A DNA stretch of 64,000 bases, from IMG/VR virus record IMGVR_UViG_3300032116_000057, positions 1 through 64,000 of that record; one strand, written 5' to 3'. Position 1 is the first letter of the stretch. The number at the start of each line of letters is the position of its first letter. The notes beneath the pieces are model-generated. The model was not told where the DNA came from, did not search any database, and saw only the letters and a list, made by a program, of their open reading frames with translations. Origin of the DNA: a virus. Below, piece by piece: positions 28,404 through 36,937 of the stretch. The position numbers and the translations under genes are program-made.

Positions 28404-28435
28404 TCACCTAAGCATGTGAAGGGATAAACTGCTTA
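28404..28435 (+). ncRNA. Small H-type pseudoknot motif, copy 1
   Basis: tcac-CTAAGCAT-gtga..AAAC-TGCTTA; loop taagca pairs with tgctta. Confidence 0.65.
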
Positions 28436-28459
28436 TCAACTACAAAAGAAAGGACACAA

Positions 28460-28825
28460 ATGCACGAAGGTAGAACAATCATGGATTATCCCGATGTGGA
28501 TAGTTTCTTTGATGATGTTGAACAAAACATGAAAGATAATGCTATTCCTGGGTTCAAGTTTTATCGTCTTTATGACCCATACAACGGCCGAGGTTTTGCG
28601 TTTCACTTTACAACCAAGGCTAAATATGATTATGGTTTTGAAATCATGCTTGGATTTACAGACAGTTTATTCAAGTTAGATTTGGATTTATCAACTCCAT
28701 TTGATGCTCGTTCATGGAATACAAAAGGTAACGAAGAGTCTGACCATTTGTATCCATTGCATCAAATTGGATTCAAAATCGCTGCATTCTTTACGCAGTT
28801 TTCTGTTGCTTTCAACAGACAGTAA
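28460..28825 (+). CDS. Hypothetical early protein
   Basis: AGAAAGGA SD. Confidence 0.7.
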   Translation: MHEGRTIMDYPDVDSFFDDVEQNMKDNAIPGFKFYRLYDPYNGRGFAFHFTTKAKYDYGFEIMLGFTDSLFKLDLDLSTPFDARSWNTKGNEESDHLYPLHQIGFKIAAFFTQFSVAFNRQ

Positions 28826-28975
28826 TTCCGCCTAGTAGATGCATGCATCGAAAGGAAGGGAGTCGTAACCAACGACTATAAATAAGGGGTAAACGGGAAT
28901 GGGAATTGCCCGGCTACCAATAAGTGCGTTACATTCCTATTACAGACAGTAATAGATGTTATTGCATGGGGCGAA
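28826..28975 (+). ncRNA. Candidate multi-stem ncRNA C
   Basis: cgcct/gggcg closure, agtcgt/acgact, ggta-cggg/cccg-tacc, acat-ctattac/gtaatag-atgt. Confidence 0.45.
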
Positions 28976-28979
28976 TGCC

Positions 28980-29013
28980 TGAGTCCTGAGCATGACTCAC
29001 TAAAAACTGCTTA
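28980..29013 (+). ncRNA. Small H-type pseudoknot motif, copy 2
   Basis: tgagtc-CTGAGCAT-gactca..AAAAAC-TGCTTA. Confidence 0.65.
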
Positions 29014-29019
29014 TAGATT

Positions 29020-29288
29020 CTTGGAGACACATTGAATAGGCTGTTGATTATCACCGAGAGCTGAGTATGTATTCGGGAGACTATGTCTGAATACAAAGGG
29101 GGCGAAGAAGCATAAGGGTACGAACTATGGGGTCAGAGGCACCCAGTGGGTCACGTTAGTCCTCCCATAATGAGCGTAGATGCATAGTAAGAGACGCGAC
29201 CGAGACTATGTATGTAATTCTACAACGCAACAGAGGCCACGTTGTGAGTCTCACGATAATACCTTCAGTAATTCAATGTGTTTCCAAG
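29020..29288 (+). ncRNA. Candidate large structured ncRNA D (269 nt)
   Basis: 18-bp closing stem 29020-37/29271-88 (one G-U); internal attatc/gataat, tgtattcgg/ctgaataca, tatggg/cccata, gtaga-tgcatagt/actatgta-tctac, caacg/cgttg; no long ORF. Confidence 0.7.
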
Positions 29289-29295
29289 TTCAAGT

Positions 29296-29430
29296 TGGAT
29301 GGCAGCACGAACACTGCGTGTTCACGATTGTCCATACCCAATAACTGGGCTAGCAGTCTAATCTAGTCCGCCAATGTAGATGTCAAAGTTTACATTGGCA
29401 CGCTCGTGTTATCCATAGTGGGTAGCACGT
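29296..29430 (+). ncRNA. Tandem hairpin array
   Basis: gaacac/gtgttc, gggctag/ctagtcc, gccaatgtag/ttacattggc, cgtgttatcca/tgggtagcacg. Confidence 0.5.
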
Positions 29431-29445
29431 GGCAGAAAGGCACAC

Positions 29446-29739
29446 ATGATACTGAGAAAGAAGAAAGTTCTCAAACTGATTGAAGACATGATGCTTCGTT
29501 CTGAGATAGATGCTCAGGACTTAGACGACATGCACAGTCGTGCCTACCACTCTGGAGTCATTGACGGAATGGGAGACATTCTCTATGCTCTATCACCAAA
29601 TAGAGCAAGAAGGTTCCCCATTTCTATTCATTGGTTCGAAGAAGACGAGCAAGTATCCAAAAAAGAACTTGCCCGCATTCGAGAAGCAGAGAGGGAACGC
29701 ACGTTCGAGTATCTCAATCGTGAGAAAGAGGTAATCTAA
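29446..29739 (+). CDS. Hypothetical early protein
   Basis: AGAAAGG SD. Confidence 0.7.
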   Translation: MILRKKKVLKLIEDMMLRSEIDAQDLDDMHSRAYHSGVIDGMGDILYALSPNRARRFPISIHWFEEDEQVSKKELARIREAERERTFEYLNREKEVI

Positions 29740-30452
29740 TGATTATCAATACCTATCAAGAAGCGGTCGACTGGTTAGCAGGCGGTCGCAAAAAGTGGGA
29801 ACGCCCACTTTACACTCGTGGACTACGGCTTCGCAAAACCCAAGCAAATCCAAAAGACATCGAAGTCTTTTATCCTTGGACTAATCAAGCAGTTGTCGTA
29901 TTCCATCCAGATGACACAATAACAATACAGGCTGGACTTGGACGAACAAGGTGGGGTGGGTATTACAACCCCCTCTATTCTTGGAGTGTTCGAGAAGTAA
30001 TTCGAATGTATTCAGGAATTACTAGTTTGTATCAAAGAAACAATAAGTTTCACATTGTGTTAGCTGATGCAACAAGAAAACCACCAAAGATACAAAAGTG
30101 CAGGCGCTGTCATGGCGCTGGACTTGTCGATGGCTATTGCACTATTCCGTATTGTCATTCGCTGGGCTCTGAAGAGTGCGATAAAACAACTCTCATGCCC
30201 GCTACAATTTCAAAACTGAATGGCGGATGGCACAGACACAAGTGTGTTCATGGTTTAAGTACAAACCATTACACAACAAAAACAGAGAAGTGCTTTGGTT
30301 GTAACGGTTATGGTAAGAAAGACTATGGCAGTCAGTTAGTAACTATGCTATGGGACGGAACACCTTTGCGATTACAACACGGCACTCTTGTTAATAACAA
30401 ACCAAGCGAACTAGAGAAAGCGATAGCAGCATATGTCCCAAACATCAGTTGA
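29739..30452 (+). CDS. Hypothetical protein with DnaJ-like CxxCxGxG zinc-binding repeats
   Basis: CRRCHGAG and CFGCNGYG. Confidence 0.65.
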   Translation: MIINTYQEAVDWLAGGRKKWERPLYTRGLRLRKTQANPKDIEVFYPWTNQAVVVFHPDDTITIQAGLGRTRWGGYYNPLYSWSVREVIRMYSGITSLYQRNNKFHIVLADATRKPPKIQKCRRCHGAGLVDGYCTIPYCHSLGSEECDKTTLMPATISKLNGGWHRHKCVHGLSTNHYTTKTEKCFGCNGYGKKDYGSQLVTMLWDGTPLRLQHGTLVNNKPSELEKAIAAYVPNIS

Positions 30453-30996
30453 GTTTGATCCGATAACTTCTGGAGTTCAAATCTATGAATTACCTTTGAA
30501 CAATCCAGAAACATCATCAGCTCAAGAACTTGTAACGGAATGCACTAACATCATTGTCTACAGCAATACTATGCCTAAAGGTTTTGTAGCATTGTCTGAA
30601 GCAAGCAAGTCATTTCGTGAAGCAGTAACAGCAGAAATCATTACAGAAGTATTGGAGTCAGTAAATAATGGCAACGATACCGCTATTGATGATTTGTTTT
30701 ACACTTTTGCCGCATGGTTAAGAAGCACACCAGATGGAAGCAGCACGCTCAAAACTCTTACAGAGTATGCAGCGTCAATTGCTTTTGCTTTGGAACGCAA
30801 AGACTTTGCAGTAAAAGTAATCAAACGCTCTAAACCAGCGGAAGTAGGCGCAACCATTTGGACTATTGTTGATGCGATAAAGAAAGGCATGCCTGGAGTT
30901 ATCTATCAACAATTAGTTTTAAACAACAAATTGGTAGCAATGCACACGCTGAATGCAGCAAAAGAAAATGGACAACTCAGTCTATTTCTAAAGTAG
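30433..30996 (+). CDS. Hypothetical helical protein
   Basis: Operon ORF. Confidence 0.6.
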   Translation: MSQTSVEFDPITSGVQIYELPLNNPETSSAQELVTECTNIIVYSNTMPKGFVALSEASKSFREAVTAEIITEVLESVNNGNDTAIDDLFYTFAAWLRSTPDGSSTLKTLTEYAASIAFALERKDFAVKVIKRSKPAEVGATIWTIVDAIKKGMPGVIYQQLVLNNKLVAMHTLNAAKENGQLSLFLK

Positions 30997-31008
30997 AAAG
31001 GTAGAACC

Positions 31009-31305
31009 ATGTCATACTTTGATAAGTTCAACATGGACGACTTCATCAATAACAATAAAGATGAAGGAAATTGTGAACACGATGACTGCAGTTCATTGGT
31101 GGACACAGCCAGAATAGTAATGTCTCATTTACGAGATAATTACGGCGATAGAGAGCACAAGGAAATGATTCCCGCCTGTGTTATCTGCGTTACGTTCCAC
31201 ATTGCCAACATGATGGGTATAACGATAGCCCTTCGTCACCCAGAAGAGTTGCCCCTTGAACTGAGACGATCAGTTCTTGCGGAAGAATTCCCCGACCCAT
31301 TCTAA
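31009..31305 (+). CDS. Hypothetical protein
   Basis: AGAAAGG SD; CEHDDC..CVIC. Confidence 0.65.
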   Translation: MSYFDKFNMDDFINNNKDEGNCEHDDCSSLVDTARIVMSHLRDNYGDREHKEMIPACVICVTFHIANMMGITIALRHPEELPLELRRSVLAEEFPDPF

Positions 31306-31314
31306 ATAGGGTTA

Positions 31315-31560
31315 TGTATGACGAGAAGCACTCGAGGTTACTGAGACCCTTGCCCCAACAGCTAAAATCAACCTAATCTATAGATGAACGGACCAGAGGT
31401 GAACCCAAGACCTTGTTTCGATACACCACGTGGAACTATCCAAATGACTCCCTAAAGGAGAGTGTGCTAACGAACATGCAGTTGTCTTGTCCAAAAGTCG
31501 CAGAGGTTGTGATGCTAAGTAGCGCTCAAGTCTCCCCCTCCTTCGTGCGTAACTCATACA
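31315..31560 (+). ncRNA. Candidate large structured ncRNA E (246 nt)
   Basis: Nested pairings tgtatga/tcataca, gcac/gtgc, gagg/cctc, gagac/gtctc, caacct/aggttg, ggac-caagac/gtcttg-tcc, actc-cct/agg-gagt. Confidence 0.6.
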
Positions 31561-31596
31561 AAACAACAGGTGGTTAGCATATGCACCCACCTTACA

Positions 31597-31774
31597 CAGG
31601 AGACAGAGGCGAGCGTGGGTTCCCTGATACATGGGGAAATCCGACTAAAATTATCGCAGCCAGTCCTTTCCGCATTGAAGGTTAATGCGAAGGCGCACGG
31701 TTCTTCATCACCGATGAAGCTAAGTTGATAGGCCTATCGGCATGTATTTATACCCCACGCCCTCTGTTCTCTTG
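31597..31774 (+). ncRNA. Candidate rod-like ncRNA F (178 nt)
   Basis: caggaga-cagagg-gcgtggg / cccacgc-cctctg-tctcttg, atacatg/catgtat, ccga/tcgg, cgcatt/aatgcg, cttcatc/gatgaag. Confidence 0.65.
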
Positions 31775-31784
31775 CACATAGATT

Positions 31785-31824
31785 TCCGGCACGGTGCCGG
31801 AGACTGTAAGCAAATTGCTTACAG
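31785..31824. repeat. Two adjacent perfect inverted repeats
   Basis: tccggcac-g-gtgccgga and ctgtaagcaa-a-ttgcttacag. Confidence 0.7.
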
Positions 31825-31856
31825 CAACGAATCCACATACCGAGAAGGGGTAGGAA

Positions 31857-33263
31857 ATGGATATCGCTATATTCACAGAATCCTACGAGCCAATAATGGG
31901 AACGAAACGCCGTCAAGTTCTTGTTACGCCACATGGCGAGCTCGTACGAATCTATACACGGGTCACTGATGGGACTAAGGGTCCTCACAATAAATGGGAG
32001 GAAACTGAATACGACACACTCGTGGGACAGATCGGCACAGCCGAGCAACTTACACGAACTCCAGTCGGCGTATATGTTACGCCTGCTGATGAGCGTGCTA
32101 TGACTGACAAGGGTTATTCCCCTGTCTTGGGCACTAAAGCGTGTCAGGCTCATACCAAAGCAACACTATCTACAGATACTTTGAGTAATATCCTTCCGGA
32201 TATTTACTCACAAGTAAGCGAGCGCGATGATTCACTCGATGACTATGTTCTCGATAATCGTCGTCAAGCTGGCTCTGTAGTTCCGGTGGCAATGGGGGCT
32301 GTGCCAACACAAACAATCGCCACGCCAATCGAATCAACACCTGTGGTAACACCGACACCAGCGTATGTTGCGCTAGCAGTCGTGCCACCAATGGAGTTGG
32401 CTAAAAAGTATGTGCATAGGCAGGTATTTGGCAAAGAAGACTTTGCTATCTACGACTATGCCCGTTCTAACAACATCAACGTGCTTCTATACGGTCCAAC
32501 AGGTCCCGGCAAGACAACATCTGTCGAAGCTTGGGCTGCTGAACGTATGCTCAGACTTGCGTTGGTATCTGGCAATGCATCATTGGAGCCAAGCCAAATG
32601 TTTGGCAAAATGACTCAGATTGATGGCAAGTGGGTTTGGATTGATGGTCCAGTCACCGATGTTATTCGCAACGGTGGTGTGTTGCTCCTCGACGAGGTCA
32701 ACTTCATCAACCCTAAAATCTACACAACTCTATACACATTGTTGGCAGGACAGCGTTCGATATCACTACTAGATCACATGGGTGAAGTAATCAAGGCTCA
32801 TAAAGACTTGACTATCTTTGCAACAATGAATCCAGATTATATCGGCACTACACCGCTCAACTTCGCGTTTCGTAATCGCTTTGATATCCAAATTCCTTGG
32901 GATTACGATGACAAGGTCGAGTCTAAATTGGTTAGTTCCAAGTCTCTGTTGAATCTTGCTAAGCAACTTCGCGTTGAAGCTGCTAAAGGTCAATACGAAA
33001 CCCCAATCTCAACCAATATGTTGATTGAGTTCGTTCAGTTCGTGGGTGACTTGAGTTATGAGTTTGCAGTTGAAAACTTCATCGCTCACTTTTCCCCAGA
33101 AGAAGCAGCGTCAGTTCGCCTTATCTTCCAAACTCACGAACACAACATTAAGACTGACTTCGGTATAGAAGTGCCTGTCACTGTTACACAGCCTGAAGAA
33201 TCGTTAACTCCTGAACAAGAACTTGAACAGTGGGTTAATGGTTTTGTCCCAACTTCTGTTTAG
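31857..33263 (+). CDS. MoxR/CbbQ-type AAA+ ATPase with N-terminal extension
   Basis: GPTGPGKT, LLLDEVN, ATMNPDYIGT..LN.AFRNRF. Confidence 0.9.
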   Translation: MDIAIFTESYEPIMGTKRRQVLVTPHGELVRIYTRVTDGTKGPHNKWEETEYDTLVGQIGTAEQLTRTPVGVYVTPADERAMTDKGYSPVLGTKACQAHTKATLSTDTLSNILPDIYSQVSERDDSLDDYVLDNRRQAGSVVPVAMGAVPTQTIATPIESTPVVTPTPAYVALAVVPPMELAKKYVHRQVFGKEDFAIYDYARSNNINVLLYGPTGPGKTTSVEAWAAERMLRLALVSGNASLEPSQMFGKMTQIDGKWVWIDGPVTDVIRNGGVLLLDEVNFINPKIYTTLYTLLAGQRSISLLDHMGEVIKAHKDLTIFATMNPDYIGTTPLNFAFRNRFDIQIPWDYDDKVESKLVSSKSLLNLAKQLRVEAAKGQYETPISTNMLIEFVQFVGDLSYEFAVENFIAHFSPEEAASVRLIFQTHEHNIKTDFGIEVPVTVTQPEESLTPEQELEQWVNGFVPTSV

Positions 33264-33274
33264 AAAGGATAAAC

Positions 33275-35239
33275 ATGCCATTGATTGATGGACTGAGAGA
33301 TGAAGAAAACTCTTGGTATATCAAGGAGGCTAGGGATGAAGATTTGCAGGAACGTGCACTACAACTAGGAACTCTATGTCGTGTGTATGAACAAGCAGAT
33401 CGTGTTCTAACTGGCGATCCGATTGTTGTGAATGTTGTAAATCAAGGCCCGGCTCCAGCCTGGTCTGACGGTGCAACAATCACATTTAATGCTTCCGAGA
33501 TTCAAGACATGGACTTGGAAACATTGACACAAGTTACCGGCCTCAACTACCATGAGCTTTGTCATCAACTGTATACGCCTCGCAAAGGCACAGAAATGGT
33601 GAAATGGGTTATAGAAAATCAACTTATGGAGAGCATGAATATTCTCGAGGATCAACGAATCGAGACCCTATTTACTGCTCGCTACCCATCTGTTATTCCA
33701 TACCTATCATCTACCTGTGCTCGCTGGCTTTCAGAAGATGAATCAGATGTCTCTGGAACCTATTTGGCGATACGTGGTCGCAGATACTTGCCGGTAGAAG
33801 TTCGAGAAGCATATCGAGATGAGTTTGCTTTTCCAGAACTAATACCTACATTGGCTAGAATCATTGATGAGTATCGGCTGTTAGTATTTCCTCGAGATTA
33901 TGAACGAGCCAAAGAATTGATTCAACAATTCAATGACTATGTTCTACAACCAACAGGAATACTGGACCAAATTAGAGCACAAGTTAGTGCATACAACTAC
34001 AATCCAGAAGATGGTGGATGCACTCTCGGTGGTCCTACAGGCTGTGGGGGTCGTGCTCCCATGGCTAAAGGAAGACCAGAACCTGGCAAAGCACAGGAAC
34101 GTGATGCTGCTCGAGCTAAAGGTCAAGGCGTAGGAGAATCTCCTTACACCTACAAACCAAAAGTAAAAGGAGCCGGTAATCAAAAGCCTAGTGGTAAGCA
34201 AGATAAACCACAAGACGATGATGGAGGTAGTGGTGGTGGAAAAAACATTACAAACCACCGCACTCAAGATGAAGCACTAGATATACGCGAGAGTAATCTA
34301 GATACACCACCAGACATTGGTGTTGGTCATACTCCCAGCGTAGGTGGTGTTCCTAATCACATTGGAAACATGCTAGATGATATTGTCTTTGATACTTTGA
34401 ACAACAAAGATGTTATATCTGACATCAAAGCCAAACAAAAAGTAATTGTTGGTGGCGATGGTAGGTATGAAGATCAAAGTAAACGAGGCAAGTTTGATAG
34501 GACTCAGATTCCTGCAGAAGCAATAGTAAGTTATCGCAAGTTTGCGAAAGAACTACAACGCTTGCGTGATGAATCCGAACCATCATGGATTAGAGAAACT
34601 CCCTCTGGCAAATTAAACTTCAAACGAGTTATGGCTGGGTGTGAACCCGACGTAGCGTTTGATAGATGGGATGAAGGCGATGATGGATGTGACATCGAGG
34701 CTGTTATCTGTGTTGACAGGTCAGGCTCTATGTCATTCCAAAGCAATGATAGAAAGGCATCTATAGCGTGTTGGACTATTAAGCGAGCGTTAGAACACAT
34801 AGGCGCACCAGTTACTGTGTATGCCTTTGATGATCAAAACGAAGTTGCCTACAACAGAGCGGAGAAAGCCGATCGTCTCCAGTATAAGTTTATATACGGT
34901 GACGGCGGAACTAATCCCTATACCGCATTGCTTGAGGCAGAACAATTACTCATGTCCTCACGCAAGAAGAATAAGATGCTGTTCATAATTACTGACGGTG
35001 AGTTTAACCACGACCCTAATGATGATTTGATTGAACGCATCTCTAAGCGAGGTATTCTTACTTCGCTTGTCCTAATCATGGACGCTAAATCATTTGATAA
35101 TCACTACAGCAACAAGGATATGAAGAAGGTAGCCCACAGAACAGAAATCTTTGGTCGTATCTCTCATGCTGGCGAGTTACTATCGTTTGCCAAAGCGGTG
35201 GTAGTTGGTGCTATCAAAAAGCGTTCTCGTAGACGGTAG
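33275..35239 (+). CDS. vWA-domain protein with N-terminal HExxH metallopeptidase-like domain (CobT-like partner)
   Basis: HELCH..NILEDQRIE; MIDAS DRSGSM, GGT, ITDG. Confidence 0.88.
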   Translation: MPLIDGLRDEENSWYIKEARDEDLQERALQLGTLCRVYEQADRVLTGDPIVVNVVNQGPAPAWSDGATITFNASEIQDMDLETLTQVTGLNYHELCHQLYTPRKGTEMVKWVIENQLMESMNILEDQRIETLFTARYPSVIPYLSSTCARWLSEDESDVSGTYLAIRGRRYLPVEVREAYRDEFAFPELIPTLARIIDEYRLLVFPRDYERAKELIQQFNDYVLQPTGILDQIRAQVSAYNYNPEDGGCTLGGPTGCGGRAPMAKGRPEPGKAQERDAARAKGQGVGESPYTYKPKVKGAGNQKPSGKQDKPQDDDGGSGGGKNITNHRTQDEALDIRESNLDTPPDIGVGHTPSVGGVPNHIGNMLDDIVFDTLNNKDVISDIKAKQKVIVGGDGRYEDQSKRGKFDRTQIPAEAIVSYRKFAKELQRLRDESEPSWIRETPSGKLNFKRVMAGCEPDVAFDRWDEGDDGCDIEAVICVDRSGSMSFQSNDRKASIACWTIKRALEHIGAPVTVYAFDDQNEVAYNRAEKADRLQYKFIYGDGGTNPYTALLEAEQLLMSSRKKNKMLFIITDGEFNHDPNDDLIERISKRGILTSLVLIMDAKSFDNHYSNKDMKKVAHRTEIFGRISHAGELLSFAKAVVVGAIKKRSRRR

Positions 35240-35251
35240 AAAGGAGTAACT

Positions 35252-35476
35252 ATGTGCGCAGAAACTATGTGCGTAGTTTGGGATGCTGTGACAGAGACCA
35301 TAATCGGTCCCTTCAATTCACACGATGATGCCCAAATGTTCGTGCTACATGCATCAGACATACTGATTGATGGCAATGTTTCCGAACTAACCATCGAACC
35401 TGTGTCAGACCCACAAGACTGGGCTCTTGACAACGCCTATGACGGTTCGCTATTTTCTACCCAGGAGGCTAACTAA
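35252..35476 (+). CDS. Hypothetical protein
   Basis: AGAAAGGAG SD; IGPFNS..DA motif. Confidence 0.65.
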   Translation: MCAETMCVVWDAVTETIIGPFNSHDDAQMFVLHASDILIDGNVSELTIEPVSDPQDWALDNAYDGSLFSTQEAN

Positions 35477-35637
35477 TGGCTATACCAAAGCAGGAACTAT
35501 ACATGACAGCATACCGGTTCAAAGAACAGGAGGATGCACGTTATGAAGAGGATAAAAAAACAGTTGTTAAACTCTTCATCAAACATAAACAAGAAGACCT
35601 ACTACCAATGTTAGGGTTGGAGGTGAATAATGATTAA
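35476..35637 (+). CDS. Small hypothetical protein
   Basis: Manual ORF MAIPKQEL..DLLPMLGLEVNND; AGGAGG SD. Confidence 0.6.
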   Translation: MAIPKQELYMTAYRFKEQEDARYEEDKKTVVKLFIKHKQEDLLPMLGLEVNND

Positions 35638-35800
35638 CCTTGCAAATATGGAAGAAGTCCAAGCTATTATTAATGATAAGAGTTTAGACTTCGTAGGTGT
35701 AAAGAAAAAGATTGAAACTTTACATCCTGATTACATTGTGTTTAGAACTCCAACAGGAGTATCTGTCCAGCATAAGGATGAGGTGAGTATCGATTGGTAA
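35630..35800 (+). CDS. Small hypothetical protein
   Basis: Manual ORF MINLANMEEV..; GGAGGTG SD. Confidence 0.55.
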   Translation: MINLANMEEVQAIINDKSLDFVGVKKKIETLHPDYIVFRTPTGVSVQHKDEVSIDW

Positions 35801-36252
35801 ACACATTCTTACCTTGGCCTGACATGGAAAGATCAGCTAAGGCTCTAGACAACAAACGATTAGGTAAGCAACGAGTTGAAGCACTGCAGATACTCAGAGC
35901 AAACTTAGGACTAACTAAAGGCTGGAGAAATCATCCGGCTGCGGTTATGTGGCGAGGTCACGAAGGTTATCTATATCTATACACAAATGCTATGTGCATG
36001 GAATGGAGACAACGGGGCTTCGTCGATAATGTTCAAGGTCAGCTTCAAGATATATATGCAAAGTTTGACCTAGAAGGGTGGGAGCCACCGTGGTGGTGGA
36101 ACAACAATGAGTTCCATAAATCTCACCGATCTAATCTCAAACGTAAAGATCCGATTTGGTATCGGTTTCGAGTGCGAGATAACCTGCCGTATAAATGGCC
36201 CAAGCCAGATGGAACTCTGGCAATAACACAAAAGAAGGGAAAAGGTAAATGA
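35794..36252 (+). CDS. Pyrimidine dimer DNA glycosylase / endonuclease V family (MSMEG_6728-like)
   Basis: TFLP..SA..LD..RLGKQRVE.LQI..GWRNHPA..MWRG, SHRSNL.RKDP..Y. Confidence 0.85.
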   Translation: MVNTFLPWPDMERSAKALDNKRLGKQRVEALQILRANLGLTKGWRNHPAAVMWRGHEGYLYLYTNAMCMEWRQRGFVDNVQGQLQDIYAKFDLEGWEPPWWWNNNEFHKSHRSNLKRKDPIWYRFRVRDNLPYKWPKPDGTLAITQKKGKGK

Positions 36253-36286
36253 AACCAATATCAAGAAGAAAAGAAAGAGGAGATTG

Positions 36287-36937
36287 ATGCCTAATTGGTG
36301 CAGTAATACTGTCATCATTCAGGGCGAGCCTGGAGAGGTCCAACAACTTCTAGATTCAGTAGAGGATAGCGGGACCGCATTCAGTCTTGATAAGGTCATA
36401 GCAATGCCAAATGCATTGCGTGGTCAGTCAGCGCCTGAACGTGATGAAGATGCCGCATCTACTAACATGAAACTCTACGGAGCTAAAGACTGGTATGACT
36501 GGTCTAATCTCAATTGGGGGACTAAATGGAATGTAGATGCAAATATTGTCTACGATAACGGCAAGAACAATCCGTTATTAAATCAGAATAGAACTGTTCG
36601 TATTCAGTTTGAATCTGCGTGGGCTCCACCCTTGCCGGTGTATGAAGTGTTGGCTGCAAGGTGGCCCAACACAAACATTTACGTCGCCTATGATGAACCC
36701 GGTTCAGATTTTGCCGGATACGTCATGTATACCAAAGGGCGAGCAGTTAAGGAGGGAAACTTCTCATCTCCAAGTGGCCAAATGAACTATGTAGATCCTC
36801 CAAGTGAGGAGGACGTGTTCACGTGGTTTCCAGATGAAGAAAATTATGAGGAGGTGGGAAGTTATGTAGAAGCGGCCAAAATTCAACACCATGCTATGAA
36901 AGCAAGGCTAGAAGCAATGGCTAGTAAGTTAAGATAA
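36287..36937 (+). CDS. DUF1281 / YubB ferredoxin-like domain protein
   Basis: MPNWCSN..DWYDW...NWGTKW..FESAWAPP..Y.EPG. Confidence 0.85.
   Translation: MPNWCSNTVIIQGEPGEVQQLLDSVEDSGTAFSLDKVIAMPNALRGQSAPERDEDAASTNMKLYGAKDWYDWSNLNWGTKWNVDANIVYDNGKNNPLLNQNRTVRIQFESAWAPPLPVYEVLAARWPNTNIYVAYDEPGSDFAGYVMYTKGRAVKEGNFSSPSGQMNYVDPPSEEDVFTWFPDEENYEEVGSYVEAAKIQHHAMKARLEAMASKLR

Noticed and set aside
28861-28920. Pistol ribozyme (hairpin followed by TAAATA)
   Set aside because: No downstream loop complementary to the first loop
28826-29430. Group I intron (AACGACTA, CGAGACTA and AGTCTA fragments)
   Set aside because: P-Q-R-S elements are not in the required order and no gene is interrupted
31378-31632. 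Minus-strand 84-aa ORF and 31734-32153
   Set aside because: Antisense to the early block, no SD, no recognisable protein features
25260-31850. tRNA, tmRNA, RNase P, hammerhead or retron msr-msd identity for the structured RNAs
   Set aside because: No T-loop/CCA cloverleaf, no GAGGAAAGUCC, no CUGAUGA..GAAA core, and no reverse transcriptase in the window
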